64,000 bases of DNA from Octopus sinensis. Lineage: Eukaryota. Below are positions 37,970-51,052 of the stretch, piece by piece; the stretch's first letter is position 1; each line of letters starts with the position of its first letter. The notes beneath the pieces were generated by a model. The model was not told where the DNA came from and made no database searches. It was given only the letters and a program-made list of their open reading frames with translations. The translations under genes were made by a program, and so were the position numbers. Where the stretch lies: assembly GCF_006345805.1 (NCBI RefSeq), contig NC_043014.1, positions 49,848,001-49,912,000 on the forward strand, written 5' to 3'.

Positions 37970-38282
37970 CAGTAATCCCTTGACTATTGCAGGTGTTATG
38001 TTCCAAAACCTCTGCAATCATGATATTGAAATGGTACTGTACTGTATATTTTTTTTATTATTTTTATAATTTACTCTTTACTCTTTTACTTGTTTCAGTC
38101 ATTTGACTGTGGCCATGGTGGAGCACCGCCTTTAGTCGAGCAAATCGACCCTGGGACTTATTCTTTGTAAGCCCAGTACTTATTCTCTCGGTCTCTTTTG
38201 CCGAACCGCTAAGTGACGGGGACGTAAACACACCAGCATTGTTGTCAAGCAATGCTAGAGGGACAAACACAGACAAACATAT

Positions 38283-38341
<59 letters not shown>

Positions 38342-38609
38342 ATATACAAAATATACGACAGGCTTCTTTCAGTTTCCGTCTACCAAATCCACTCACAAGG
38401 CTTTGGTTGGCCCGAGGCTATAGCAGAAAACACCTGCCCAAGATGCCACGCAGTGGGACTGAACCCGGAACCATGTGGTTGGTTAGCAAGCTACTTACCA
38501 CACAGCCACTCTATTTTATTATAAATGTCAAACAACACCACGGAGGAATCAACATAAGCTTGAATAATAAACCGCGATAGGTGAACCGCGATATGGCGAG
38601 CGATTACTG
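37970..38609. mobile_element. pogo/Tigger-type MITE interrupted by a SINE A (38072-38511, minus)
   Basis: Termini cagtaatcccttgactattgc and gcgatatggcgagcgattactg|ta. Confidence 0.7.
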
Positions 38610-39133
38610 TATCAACCAGAGTATCAGATGTTATTCCTCATTGGTCACAATGCACTTTTTAGCATTGCCTTTGCTTTAAAAGGGTGCCACGTACCAAGGA
38701 GCGTACTGCTATGAGCAAATCGCTTCTGTGCCTAATGGCTGTGGGTTGTGACAAGACCTGAGGGACATGGCTAAGTGAATGGTATCAGTCAGACCCTTGG
38801 GCTGCCCCTAATGGATCATAGATAGGAAGGGCTGCAGCAAACCTGTTGATTTGGGAGTGCAAAGGGCTTTGTACAATGTGTGCTGGATGATGATGAGTGG
38901 TCAGGGTAGTGACAGCAAAGCAGAGGCCGTATGACTTTGTAATCCGATAAATGCAGGGGTGGGGACGGTTTGGGAGAGGCTGAATTTTTGGAGGTAAGAA
39001 AGAGATGAAGGTTGTTTGTGTGTGTGTGTGTGTGTGTGTTCGACATGTATGAGGTGGGGATAAGAGTACCTAGAAGATTTGGTTTCTGCACCGGTGACAT
39101 CTGTATGAGGAAAGTGTGAAGAATTTTTAAGCA

Positions 39134-39340
39134 TTAACCCTTTAGCTTTCAGATTACTTTGTCAAATGCAGTGCTTATTTAATCACATTGTTTTGAATTA
39201 ATCATGTATTATCTTGAAGCTTTGAGATTTCAATGATGTGATTGCTTATTTTTAGAATGGCATTGTTGAGTAGGTGTGATAAGCTGGATAAAACAAAAGA
39301 GAGAGAATATTTGGATTAGATATGGCTGGTTTAAACTCTC
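39134..39340. mobile_element. TTAA-type MITE, truncated; same family as 54237-54465
   Basis: Starts ttaaccctttag and the body is colinear with the 54237 copy. Confidence 0.7.
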
Positions 39341-39387
39341 CACTGAGGAGAAGGGTTTTGGAAAGAAATAAAGTGAGATGGATGTCC

Positions 39388-39572
39388 TTAACCCTTTCAC
39401 TGCAACATTAAATTTCATGGTTATTCCAGCAATGATGCTCAAAATTGCCTCAACCTGGCATGTGTCGACAGAAATTTGTTTCAAGCATGATATTCCTCAG
39501 AAAAAGATAGATCGATAAATCTAGTTTCCACGTTTGAGTGGATATATCTGATTTGTACAGTAAAAGGGTTAA
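39388..39572. mobile_element. TTAA-flanked piggyBac-type MITE
   Basis: ttaa-ccctttcactg ... cagtaaaaggg-ttaa. Confidence 0.8.
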
Positions 39573-40137
39573 TGAAGGAAGAGAGATGGTCAAAGGGTTG
39601 CTGTTAGTGGTTTGAAGGGTTCAGAGAGAGGTAGAGGAAGGAGATGTGTTAGGAGAAGGAGGAGTAGGGGAAAGACCTTGAAAGAGAGGAGCTGAAAGTG
39701 TTCCCTGTTGATACCCAGATAAGTGATGGGTAGAGTGGAATCTACACATGTGCGGTGGGGTACCACCTACTTCTTTCGAAGTGACATTTGAGTAAAGAGA
39801 GTGTCCTGGATGGCGGAGAAGGGCTCACAGATAAAAAAAAAAAGGATGGGAGATTTATCTGTTAGCATGAGGTGGTGTGTGGGGAATCAAAATTGGATCG
39901 GAGTCCATGAATGTTTGAGGAAAAGTAAGGAAATTGCCTGGCAGGTTTTTGTGCTTTTTGGCTGAGACATTTTTGGTTTGAATATTTGCAACAGAGCAAA
40001 CTCTGCTAAATGCACCTGATAGCTACCAGGTGGCATTGTTATCAGACGCTCACATACATAGAATTTTCACAGATTTAAATTAAGATTTTCCACTTCCACA
40101 CGCACATGTGTGTGTGTTGTGTGTGTGTGTGTGTATG

Positions 40138-40180
<43 letters not shown>

Positions 40181-40384
40181 CTCTCTCTCTCTTTCGGAGA
40201 GGCACTGAGCAGCTATACGCACACATACACACACGGCAGTAACTCCCGCCTACCGAATTCAATCACAAAGCTCCAGTCGGCTCAGGGCTATAGTGGAAGA
40301 CACCTACCCAAAGTGCCATGCAGTGGGACTGAACCCGAAACCATGTAGTTAGGAAGCAAGCTCCCTAACCACACAGCCATGCCC

Positions 40385-40410
<26 letters not shown>

Positions 40411-40416
<6 letters not shown>

Positions 40417-40650
40417 CATCATCATCATTTAACGTCCGCTTTCCATGCTAGCATGTGTTGGACGATTTTGACTGAGGGCTGGCGAACCAGATGGCTGCAC
40501 CAGGCTCCAATCTTGATCTGGCAGAGTTTCTACAGCACAAGATTGGAGCCTGGTGCAGCCATCTGGTTCGCCAGCCCTCAGTCAAAATCGTCCAACCATG
40601 CTAGCATGGAAAGCGGACGTTAAATGATTGATGATGATATATATATATAT
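40411..40650. repeat. Near-perfect palindrome of a family C tail segment (~100-bp arms, 22-nt loop)
   Basis: Left arm ends tcttg at 40515 and the right arm starts caaga at 40538. (TA)n on both sides. Confidence 0.93.
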
Positions 40651-40700
40651 ATAATATATATATATATATATGCCATGCTGGATCGTTAGCCCCTGCACGC

Positions 40701-40883
40701 ACTTTTTTTCTCTCCTTGTTTCTCTCCTTGTTTCTTTTCTGTGTATCTTTCTGTCGAAGAGCATAGGCTCGAAACGTAAAAGACTTGTTCTATTTCTATT
40801 CCTGAGCGCCAAACTAATACATTTGTTTGTTTGTATTCCACCTGCCTTCGTCTTTTGTTTATTTTCGTAAACCTTCCCGTTAT
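40701..40883 (+). mobile_element. Penelope-like terminal-repeat remnant (family P2) with hammerhead-like motif
   Basis: tcttt-ctgtcgaa-gagc-atag-gctc-gaaa-cgta-aaaga at 40746-40783. Confidence 0.6.
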
Positions 40884-41399
40884 ATATATATGTGTGTGTG
40901 TGTGTGTGTATCTGTTATACCACCTTATTTGTTACTAAAAAAATATTTACTACTCGTGTATACACACGTGTGTAGATAGATATTGATCGTCATTGTTTGA
41001 TGTTTGTCTTCTGTACTGATATGGGTTGGACAGTTCAACTGGCGCTGGTAAGTTGAAGGACTACATCAGGCTCCATTGTCTGCTTTGGCAGGGTTTCTAC
41101 AGCTGGAAATAAGGGAGTCAGAAGCTATATGGAGCAACCTATTGCTGGATTGTACCTGCAACTCAAAGGGGTCACTGTTATACAGATGGGCATATTCGTG
41201 TGTGTGTGTGTGTGTGTGTGTCTATACAGAAAAGTGGTACCTGATATTTGTTTGAAAGAATATCTGAAGAAGATGAAAATGAAGGTCAAAATTATCTGTT
41301 TTACTCTCCAGTGTATTACTGGTATGTGTTGTATAGCTATTTCTAGTTACAAGGACAGAAAGCAGACAACTTGAAATTTTGTTAAATAATGCACAGTGC

Positions 41400-42060
41400 A
41401 CTTTCGTAATATACTGTCGTAATACAATGTACAGTCATAACATTGTCATAACACACTATACCATCATAACGCATTGTCATAATACATTGTACTGTCATAA
41501 CATTGTCATAACAACTGTACCATCATAACATACTATACCATCATAATACACTGTCATAACATTGTACTGTCATAACAACTGTACCATCATAACACACTGT
41601 CTTAATACATTGTAATGTCATAACATTATAACATACTATACCATCATAATAAACTGTCATAATACATTGTACTGTCATAACATTGTCATATACTCATACA
41701 CACTGTCAATCATTGTAATGTCATAACATTAACATACTAGATCTATAATACATTGTACTGTCATAACATTGTCATACCATCATAACACACTGTCTTAATA
41801 CATTGTAATGTCATAACATTATAACATACTATACCATCATAATACACTGTCATAATACATTGTACTGTCATAACATTGTCATAACATACCATACCATCAC
41901 AACACACTGTCTTAATACATTGTAATGTCATAACATTATAACATACTATACCATCATAATACACTGTCTTCATACATTGTACTGTCATAACATTGTCATA
42001 ACAACTGTACCATCATAGTATTGTCATAACATTCTGATATAACTATACTGTCACTGCTCA
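41400..42060. repeat. Degenerate short-period tandem repeat (cataac/actgt/accat modules) with ~120-bp higher-order period
   Basis: cataacacactgtcttaatacattgtaatgtcataacattataacatactataccatcat recurs near 41588, 41780 and 41897. Confidence 0.85.
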
Positions 42061-42669
42061 TTATCCTGTCAACCCAGTTATGACCAACTGTCATAATAAT
42101 CCAATATACCTGTCATAATCCACTGTCACAACACTTTCTACTACTGACATTAGACAGTTTTCCCATGCTGCCAGGGATCTGATGGATCATCACAGACCAA
42201 GTCAGTTCTCATTCAAAGCTTTTCTCCTCCGAGAGGGATCTCCATCAGACTTGTCATTTTTGACTTGTTTCCTTCTGCTGGGTAACCATTCCTTGCACCA
42301 ACCACTTTACAGTGTCTATTGGGTACATTTAATGGCACCAACAATGTGTGTGTGTCCATGTTTGCACTTAGACCATTTTAAAACATGTTGCTGTGTTTTT
42401 GTTGTGTCCTGTTATCTCCCATAACTTAGCAGTTCAACAAGTATAGATCAATTGAATAACTAAGCAGACTGGAATCAGAAGTGGGAGCAATAAAATCAAC
42501 TAAATCCATGGTGTTCTGACATGACTGCCATTCAATGACTGAAACTATTAAAAGAATAAAACAAAAGACCTTGGACAGTAAAAAAGCAGAAAGCTACGTC
42601 CAGGCCTTGAACCCTGCATCTATGCCAGAGTTAAGGATTGAAGGGGTACCCAACTACTTGAAAGTATAC

Positions 42670-43418
42670 CTGTTAGCTGGGTGCTCTACAATATCAGCTC
42701 TTCCCAAATGGTACATAAGTATTTAAGAGTACATCTGTTAGCTGGGTGCTCTACAATATCAGCTCTTCCCAAATGGTACATAAGTATTTAAGAGTACATC
42801 TGTTAGCTGGGTGCTCTACAATATCAGCTCTTCCCAAATGGTACATAAGTATTTAAGAGTACATCTGTTAGCTGGGTACTCTACAATATCAGCTCTTCCC
42901 AAATGGTACATAACATAATTTAAGAGTCATCTGTTAGCTGGGTGGGCTCTACAATATCAGCTCTTCCCAAATGGTACATAAGTATTTAAGAGTACATCTG
43001 TTAGCCAGGTACTCTACAATATCAGCTCTTCCCAAATGGTACATAAGTATTTAAGAGTACATCTGTTAGCCAGGTACTCTACAATATCAGCTCTTCCCAA
43101 ATGGTACATAAGTATTTAAGAGTACATCTGTTAGCTGGGTGCTCTACAATATCAGCTCTTCCCAAATGGTACATAAGTATTTAAGAGTACATCTGTTAGC
43201 CAGGTACTCTACAATATCAGCTCTTCCCAAATGGTACATAAGTATTTAAGAGTACATCTGTTAGCTGGGTGCTCTACAATATCAGCTCTTCCCAAATGGT
43301 ACATAAGTATTTAAGAGTACATCTGTTAGCCAGGTACTCTACAATATCAGCTCTTCCCAAATGGTACATAAGTATTTAAGAGTACATCTGTTAGCCAGGT
43401 ACTCTACAATATCAGCTG
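42670..43418. repeat. 65-bp minisatellite, about 11.5 copies
   Basis: Unit starts at 42670, 42735, 42800, 42865, 42931, 42998, 43063, 43128, 43193, 43258, 43323 and 43388. Confidence 0.97.
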
Positions 43419-43884
43419 TTTCCATAGAGGAACATGTACTGCTGTAGCATCCAGTTTTTGTTTTTTCCTTTACTTACGCTGAATATCTCATTTAGTTATT
43501 CCCTCGTCAATAGTTCAACAGTGAATTCATTCTACAGTGAAGAGGTCGAATATGATTGAAACATGTTCAGGGTTGTCTCCCTTATTTACCCCCAAATTTT
43601 TTTTTTAGAAAGCATTAGTCATTCAGCAAATGATGTGCTTTCTTCACCATACAATTATTTATAATTAAGATATTTAATACTCATTACTTTAAATATGTTA
43701 ACTTAAGTATTGTTTCTTATGCAGGCAGCATCTCTAAGTAATTAACGGCAGTGGTTTATTTTTCAAGTTGGTTCTGGCATTGTTCCAATTCAGTTCTGAG
43801 ATATATGAAATTAAATCCTACCGTACATTCACCAGTTTTCACATGCTGTTTTGGATAGTTCCATAACCGTTCCTTTCCAAATTT

Positions 43885-44058
43885 TATTTATATATACATA
43901 CATACATACATACATATATATATATATAATACACACACACACACACATATACATATATATATATATAATACACACACACTATACATTATACACACACAAT
44001 ATACATATATATATACACACATATACATATATATATTACACATATACATATATTATAT

Positions 44059-44103
<45 letters not shown>

Positions 44104-44104
44104 A

Positions 44105-44192
<88 letters not shown>

Positions 44193-44196
44193 TATA

Positions 44197-44243
<47 letters not shown>

Positions 44244-44285
44244 TATATATATATACATATATACTACATACATATATATATATAT
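43885..44285. repeat. (TA)/(CA) low-complexity tract
   Basis: Direct reading. Confidence 0.95.
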
Positions 44286-44753
44286 AGCATTGGAAATCTG
44301 TGTAGGTTTAGATAGTGGTGGTCGTGGTGGGAGGAGATAGTAGTTTAGAGAATCACAGACTATCAGGGTTAGCTGTTAGAGGAGAGCATGAAATGGGGGT
44401 GGGGCCCTACTGAGCTATTGACCAATAACTGTTGAGTATCGCTTAACTACAAACAGGTAGAAAACTTCTATTTTTTTTTTTTCATTTCTCTTCCTTTTCC
44501 TTCTCCTCCACCATTGTGGGGGGAAAAGTACCATGTCATCATCATCATCATCATCATCATTTAGTACTGCTTAGTATTCTTGCAAATTGAATAGGTCTGC
44601 TGCACTGTTACCACTGAGGCTTTTCAACCTCTCGTTCTTGTGTCCTAAGACCTCATATACCACCACCACCATCACCGTTTCTTCATTGGTTTTGTCTCTG
44701 CCAGGGGTTGGTACTTTACACCAACAGTACCTGTTAGTTTTTTTTTTTCACAT

Positions 44754-45142
44754 ACTAGCAGTATCGCCCGGCGTTGCTCGGGTTTGTTTCGACCCTTTAG
44801 AATTGGAATTTTCGAAAAGTGAAAATTTTGCATTATGTAGCTTGTTATTCTCTTTAAGTGAACATTTTTCTGGTTGAAATACACTGAAAAATGGCGACAC
44901 AGCCGTCAAAAAATCGTTAAAAAATTGGGATTTTCATAGAAAAAAAAGCACCTTTTTGATGTAAATAATTTTTGGTGTTAACATGGTCCGATTTGAATTT
45001 TTTCTTCTACAGAAGGAAGAGCAAGCCTTCTTCTATCATACTCTCAATTTTGGTCAACTTGCGCCGCAGGGTGTCGGAGGAGATAGTGTTAGTTGAAGGC
45101 TACCAAACCTGCCATACACAGACAACTTCAGCTTTATATATA
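44754..45142 (+). mobile_element. Non-autonomous Helitron-type (HINE-like) element
   Basis: 5' actagcagtatcgcccggcgttgctcgggtttgt and 3' acagacaacttcagctttatatata. No TIR or TSD. Confidence 0.65.
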
Positions 45143-45353
45143 CTCTTTACTTATTTCAGTCATTTGACTGCGGCCATGCTGGAGCACTGCCTTTAATCGA
45201 GCAACTCGACCCCGGGACTTATTCTTTTGTAAGCCCAGTACTTATTCTATCGGTCTCTTTTGCCGAACTGCTAAGTAACGGGGACATAAACACACCAGCA
45301 TCGGTTGTCAAGGAATACTAGGGGGACAAACACAGACACACAAACACACACGC

Positions 45354-45386
<33 letters not shown>

Positions 45387-45772
45387 TACGACGGGCTTCT
45401 TTTAGTTTCCGTCTACCAAATCCACTCACAAGGCTTTGGTCGACCCGAGGCGGCGAGCTGGCAGAAACGTTAGCACGCCGGGCGAAATGCTTAGCGGTAT
45501 TTTGTCTGCCGTTTCGTTCTGAGTTCAAATTCCGCCGAGGTCGACTTTGCCTTTCATCCTTTCGGGGTCGATAAATTAAGTACCAATTACGCACTGGGGT
45601 TGATGTGATCGACTTAATCCGTTTGTCTGTCCTTGTTTGTCCCCTCTATGTTTAGCCCCTTGTGAGTAATAAAGAAACATATAGTAGAAGACACCTGCCC
45701 AAGGTGCCACGCAGTGGGACTGAACCCGGAACCATGTGGTTGGTAAACAAGCTACTTACCACACAGCCACTC
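45143..45772 (-). mobile_element. SINE A with an opposite-strand SINE B inserted (45449-45680)
   Basis: The A sequence cgacccgagg|...|tatagtagaagac is split by the B element. Confidence 0.9.
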
Positions 45773-46370
45773 ATTCACACTACTGCATTGTGAAGTCTTC
45801 TGTGTTGAGTGTGTGTGTGTATCTTTGTCTCTCTTTCTCTCTCTCACACATTGGCTAATATCTTTAATGCTCCCACCCACGGATCATACTTGTCTTTAAT
45901 TCTCTTCAGCCTATACAGAGCTAACGACTGTGGAGCATGATACCCCTTAATACATGTTACATACATCAGATGATCGGCAGATGGAGTCTGGTGCAGTCAT
46001 CTGGTTCGCTAGTCCTCAGTGAAATCGTCCAACCCATGCTAGCATGGAAAGCGGACGTTAAATGATAATGATGATGATGATGATGATGACTACCCAGCTG
46101 GCCAGACAAGCAGGCCAACATTCCCCCTGGTCGGAAGGTAATTCTGTCACATGGTTACCTTTTTACAGCTGAGTGGACTGGGGCAGTATAAAATGAAGTG
46201 CCTTGCTCAAGAACACAATGTGCTGCTTGGTCCAGGAATCGAACCCATGATTTAGCAATTGTGAGTGCAATACCCTGACCACTGGACCACGTGCCTTCAC
46301 AAATATAATTCTTGTTTACTCATGCTGTTTTAGATTAATCACACGTTATGTTGTAGCTTTCAGATATCAA

Positions 46371-46700
46371 TCATCATCATCATCTTTGAACGTGCGTTTT
46401 CCATGCTAGCATGGGTTGGACGGTTCGACCGGGGTCTGGGAAGCCTGAAGGCTGCACCAGGCTCCAGTCTGATCTGGCAGTGTTTCTACAGCTGGATGCC
46501 TTTCCTAACACCAACCACTCTGTGAGTGTAGTGGGTGCTTTTTATGTGCCACCGGTGCAGGTGCCAGGCGAGGCTGGAAGCAGCCACGATCGGTTGGTGC
46601 TTTTTATGTGCCACCGGCACGGAAGCCAGTCAAGGCGGCGCAGGCATCGGCCACGTTCGGATGGTGCTTTTTACGTGCCACCAGCACAGGGATCACAACT
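46371..46700 (-). mobile_element. Family C copy
   Basis: Tail, core and three internal modules. Confidence 0.88.
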
Positions 46701-47981
46701 ACAATTTTCCATTGATTTTTGATGTTGATGTATTTGAGTCAATAGGTCTCCTCAAGCACAGGGTCGAAACGGTGTTTCTTTACTTGCCACCTGGTCCAGC
46801 AGCACTGGCACCGGATCTGGCCATATCACTGATTATTTTTTTAAACTGACATTGTGAGGGGTGTGACAGACACCTACCCTACAATGTTTGAACATCATCA
46901 TCATCATCGTTTTTTTAACGTCTTTCATGCTAGCATGGGTGACGATTGATTGAGGCTGGCGAACCAGATGGCGCCCAGGCTCCAATCTTGATCTGGCAGA
47001 GTTTCTACAGCTGGATGCACTTTCTAATGCCAACCACTCTGAGAGTGTAGTGGGTGCTTTTTACTTGACCATAAAGCACATAAGAATATTTGGGCCGTAT
47101 ATGCTGGTTTGAATGAGGGGTTACCACACATGTCCGCATCAACATCTTGAAATATTTTAAGATTTTTTTTTTTTATTTTTTTTTTTTTAAGAAATCTTAG
47201 CAAAAAGAGGCAGTGTTGGGCGATGTTTCGTGGTTTGATGTCAAAAGCCAACTCTGCTAAAGTAGTATGTTTTAGAAACCATCAAAGATTAAGATTTTTT
47301 TTTTTTTTTAAAGCCACTACAAAATTGGAGGCGATAAAAACTAGGCGGTTGCTTACATCTTTCATCTTTTAATTTCATTTACCGTCTTTTTTTTTCTTTC
47401 TTCAAGTAGCATGGAATTACTAAATAAAACACTTAATTAAATATAAATTATATTCCAATAATTAGATTTTTTTTTGTGTGTGTTATTTGTTTATAAATAA
47501 AATATTTAAATTTGGATAATTTAGAAGAAGAAAAAAGTCTGTGTGAGTAATGACTGTTAGAGTTTGAATTATGAGTGGTATTGATTGTGTGAGAGTGACT
47601 TACCAGCAATAATACCTGGAGCATTGTTGTTACCAATTACTCTATCATAATATGATTAAATGATGTTGTTGTTATTTAACCCTAGGTCAGCCAGATATGA
47701 CCATCTTGTCTTTTATTTTCAGACTAAATGTATCAAAGGATACATTGTCTAATATGTCTCACCTTTTTGCTGTTACTTAGCCCCAGGTCAGCTCTGAGCC
47801 AGCATACCTTTGATCAATGACATTCTAGCCATGACCACCTTGTTTTTCTTTTATTTTCTTCCTGCTCTTACTCATATTTTAAACTCAGAATTGTATGATA
47901 AGTTTAGATTTGAATGCTATTTCTAGCAATTTGTGCCACCACTTACAGCACCTTCCTTACGCTGTCAGAATTGTTGGGTCA

Positions 47982-48393
47982 AAAGGCGGCGAACTGGCAG
48001 AAACGTTAGCATGCCAGGCGAAATGCTTAGCGGTATTTCATCTGCCGTTACGTTCTGAGTTCAAATTCCGCCGAGGTCGACTTTGCCTTTCATCCTTTCG
48101 GGGTCGATAATAAAGTACCAGTTACGCACTGGAGTCGATATAATCACTTAATCCTTTGTCTGTCCTGTTTGTCCCCTCTGTGTTTAGCCCTTGTGGGTAG
48201 TAAAGAAATAGGTATTTCATCTGCCGTTAAATTCTGAGTTCAAATTCTGCCAAGGTCAACTTTGCCTTTCTCCTTTCGGGGTCGATAAATTAAGTACCAG
48301 TTACGCACTGGGGTCGATATAATCGACTTAATCCCTTTGTCTGTCTTGTTTGTCCCCTCTATGTTTAGCCCCTTGTGGGCAATAAAGAATATA
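47982..48393 (+). mobile_element. Dimeric SINE B
   Basis: Junction at 48210/1. One 15-bp TSD agaattgttgggtca at 47967-47981 and 48394-48408. Confidence 0.92.
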
Positions 48394-48670
48394 AGAATTG
48401 TTGGGTCATTGCACAAAGTACCTTGTGGTATTTTCAGGCCTTTACATTCTGTGTTCAGATTTTGAGGTCAGCTTTTCTTTTCATCCTTCAGAAGGTAATG
48501 AAATAAAGTCAGTCAAGTATTGGAACCCATGCATTTGATCTAAGGGTCTGCTGAGTCAAGGCTGACCTGGGGTTAAACAACAATAATAATAATAATATAA
48601 TGTTTTCTAACATTTTTCTGTGATTTCTGTAATAATAGTAATAATCTTATTTTTATTTATTTCTTTTCAG

Positions 48671-48725
48671 TTTTTTAGATAGAGTTCATATAGTAAAGTC
48701 TGCAGACTATACACCAACAGAACAG
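48671..48725 (+). CDS. GNAS: G-alpha-s exon, equivalent to vertebrate GNAS exon 7: (Y)FLDRVHIVKSADYTPTEQ
   Basis: Acceptor ttttcttttcag at 48670 and donor gtaaat at 48726. 55 nt. Translation matches G-alpha-s FLDKIDVIKQADYVPSDQ and splices in frame to the next exon. Confidence 0.93.
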
Positions 48726-48863
48726 GTAAATATCACTTCTTAATTACTCTCTGTTTGTGTGTGTGTGTGTGTGTGTGTGTACATCCATCACAACACATAG
48801 GAAAATACAAACACCTCCCAACAAGCTGATACGACTGGTTCAGTACAGTTTCTGGCAGCTCAT

Positions 48864-49090
48864 GGCGGCGAGCTGGCAGAAAATTAGCACGCCGGGCAAA
48901 ATGCTTAGCAGTATTTCGTCAGCCGTTACAATCTGAGTTCAAATTCCGCCGAGGTCGAGTTTTCCTTTCATCCTTTCGGGGTCGATAAATTAAGTACCAG
49001 TTACGCACTGAGGGTCAATGTAATCGGCTTAATCCCTTTGTCTGTCCTTGTTTGTCCCCTCTGTGTGTAGCCCCTTGTAGGCAGTAAAAA
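48864..49090 (+). mobile_element. SINE B monomer
   Basis: Matches the family consensus. Confidence 0.88.
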
Positions 49091-49943
49091 CAAAAAATAA
49101 CAACTGATACAGTACATACATTACACAACAAATGAAATAATAAACTAACACAAAAACCCAAAAAACTGATGTATAATAAACATCATTATCATTCATCATC
49201 GTTTAAGGTCCGTTTTCCATGCTGGCATGGTTTGGACAGTTCGACTGGGGTCTGAGAAGCCAGGAGGCTGCACCAGGCCCCACTTTGATCTGGCAGTATT
49301 TCTACTGATGGATGCCCTTCCTAATGCCAACCACTCCGAGAGTGTAACTGGGTGCTTTTTACGTGCCACCAGCACAGGGGCCAGGAGCTGTATAAAATAT
49401 TTTATACATTGTAGAAATATAACCAGTTTATTGCACATAAATTTTAACAACAAAATCTTATGTGGCCCCTGGTTGAGAACCACTGCCCTGCAGCTAATCA
49501 TATTTACCTCTGACCCCCATCTCTGTCACAGCACATCTCCCTGCTTTCTGATCTTTCTATAGATTTATGACACTGCTGAGAGCTCCACTCCTCTTCTGTA
49601 GACCACTTGTCACCTCCTCCTCCTTGACCCACTTCTATCACTCATTTCTCCCCGCCCCACCCTACCCTACCATACTGATATTTCCCTTCAATCACACCTC
49701 CACCCTCGTTCGTCACTCACTACATTCATCTCTGCCCCCTCCCCATTGTCCAACCCTCTGTTACTCCCTCTTTCAATCTTATGAAATTATCCTCCCACCT
49801 CCACTGTATGGTTTCTTTCTGCACTCCCCTTCTTGTACCTGGAGAGTTCACTCTGGCCTTTCATCACACCTTCTTTATCTTCTTTCAAAGCACTCTCACC
49901 GCCCTCACATAATGTGAGGGTGGCTATCTTTCCTTCCCCCAAA

Positions 49944-50175
49944 GGCGGCGAGCTGGCACAAACGATAGCACGCCGGGCGAAATGCATAGTCGTATTTCGT
50001 CTGCCGTTACGTTCTGAGTTCAAATTCCACCAAGGTCGACTTTGCCTTTCATCCTTTCGGGGTAGATAAATTAAGTACCTGTTTCGCACTGGGGTCGATA
50101 TAATCAACTTAATACCTTTGTCTGTCCTTGTTTGTCCCGTCTATGTTTAGCCCCTTGAGGGCAATAAAAAAATAT
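49944..50175 (+). mobile_element. SINE B monomer
   Basis: Flanked by a tatct(t)tccttccccca direct repeat (TSD). Confidence 0.9.
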
Positions 50176-50748
50176 ATATATCTTCCTTCCCCCATAGCAA
50201 GACACCTGTGTGTGTCTCTCTATCATACTTTAAGGCTTTCAACACCTGGCATTTAGCTTCCTCTCTCTCTCTTCAATACCTCCTTGCCCTAGTCAAAGAG
50301 ACTTTTCCTTTTTCTGCCTTGCAAGTTACTTGGCAACCTCACTAGTGCTGTGGCTGGTATTAAGGAAGGGCATCCAGCCATAGAAACCCTTACCAAAGCT
50401 GACATTGGAGGAACCTGCGGCAGCCCTGCAGCTCGTTTGATCCTGTCAAACCATCCAACACATGCAACCAGATAGACATTGGAGCCTGAGGCAGCCCTGC
50501 AACCAGATAGACGTTAAATGATGATGACGACAATGTATGTATTTGCATGCACACACACACATATATATAGATGTTGCTTAACTAATTAAACAATTTAGTT
50601 AAGCAGTTTGGGTCAAGGTGGAGAAGAATGGCACCAACAGGATGGATTTGGAAGTGCATTGTGACCAGCAGTGTGTAACAGCCTCTTATGGTCTGGTTGA
50701 TACTGTGATGTGTGTGTGTGTGTGTATAACTCTACATGTATGTGTATG

Positions 50749-50787
<39 letters not shown>

Positions 50788-51052
50788 TAATAAATAAAAC
50801 ATATGCATATATACATACATATATGTACGTACCTACCTCTACATGTATATATACACGCATATATGGGTACAGGACACCAAAAAAAAACGTCGAACACAAT
50901 GAGAAACGAAAACATAAACACAAAACCAAGGAAATGGACATTTTTCTTAAACAACAAAAAAATAGAGTACAGGACAAATAACACAAGGAAAATTCCCCTT
51001 CTTCAGTCGCCATGGTTTCATCTACTCTGCGTTTCGAGTATATATGTGTATA

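Noticed and set aside
38700-40030. Purine-rich/CT-rich stretches (also ~6350-6740, ~32880-33150, ~49500-49900) as LINE or gene fragments
   Set aside because: Manual translation gave no recognisable motif; they are probably old repeats but cannot be classified without a library search.
42670-43418. CRISPR-like regular array
   Set aside because: Units are contiguous and near-identical with no unique spacers, there are no cas genes, and the context is eukaryotic. The same applies to the 26-bp array.
48671-48678. Alternative acceptor ttttttAG 8 nt into the first GNAS exon
   Set aside because: Use would shift the frame. The upstream cag gives the conserved 55-nt exon, and there is no evidence of use.
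50860-51037. Minus-strand Penelope-like remnant with ctcgaaacgc and a later ctgaagaagg as another hammerhead
   Set aside because: The motif halves are in the wrong order and the 5' part is truncated by (TA)n, so I could not build a consistent fold.
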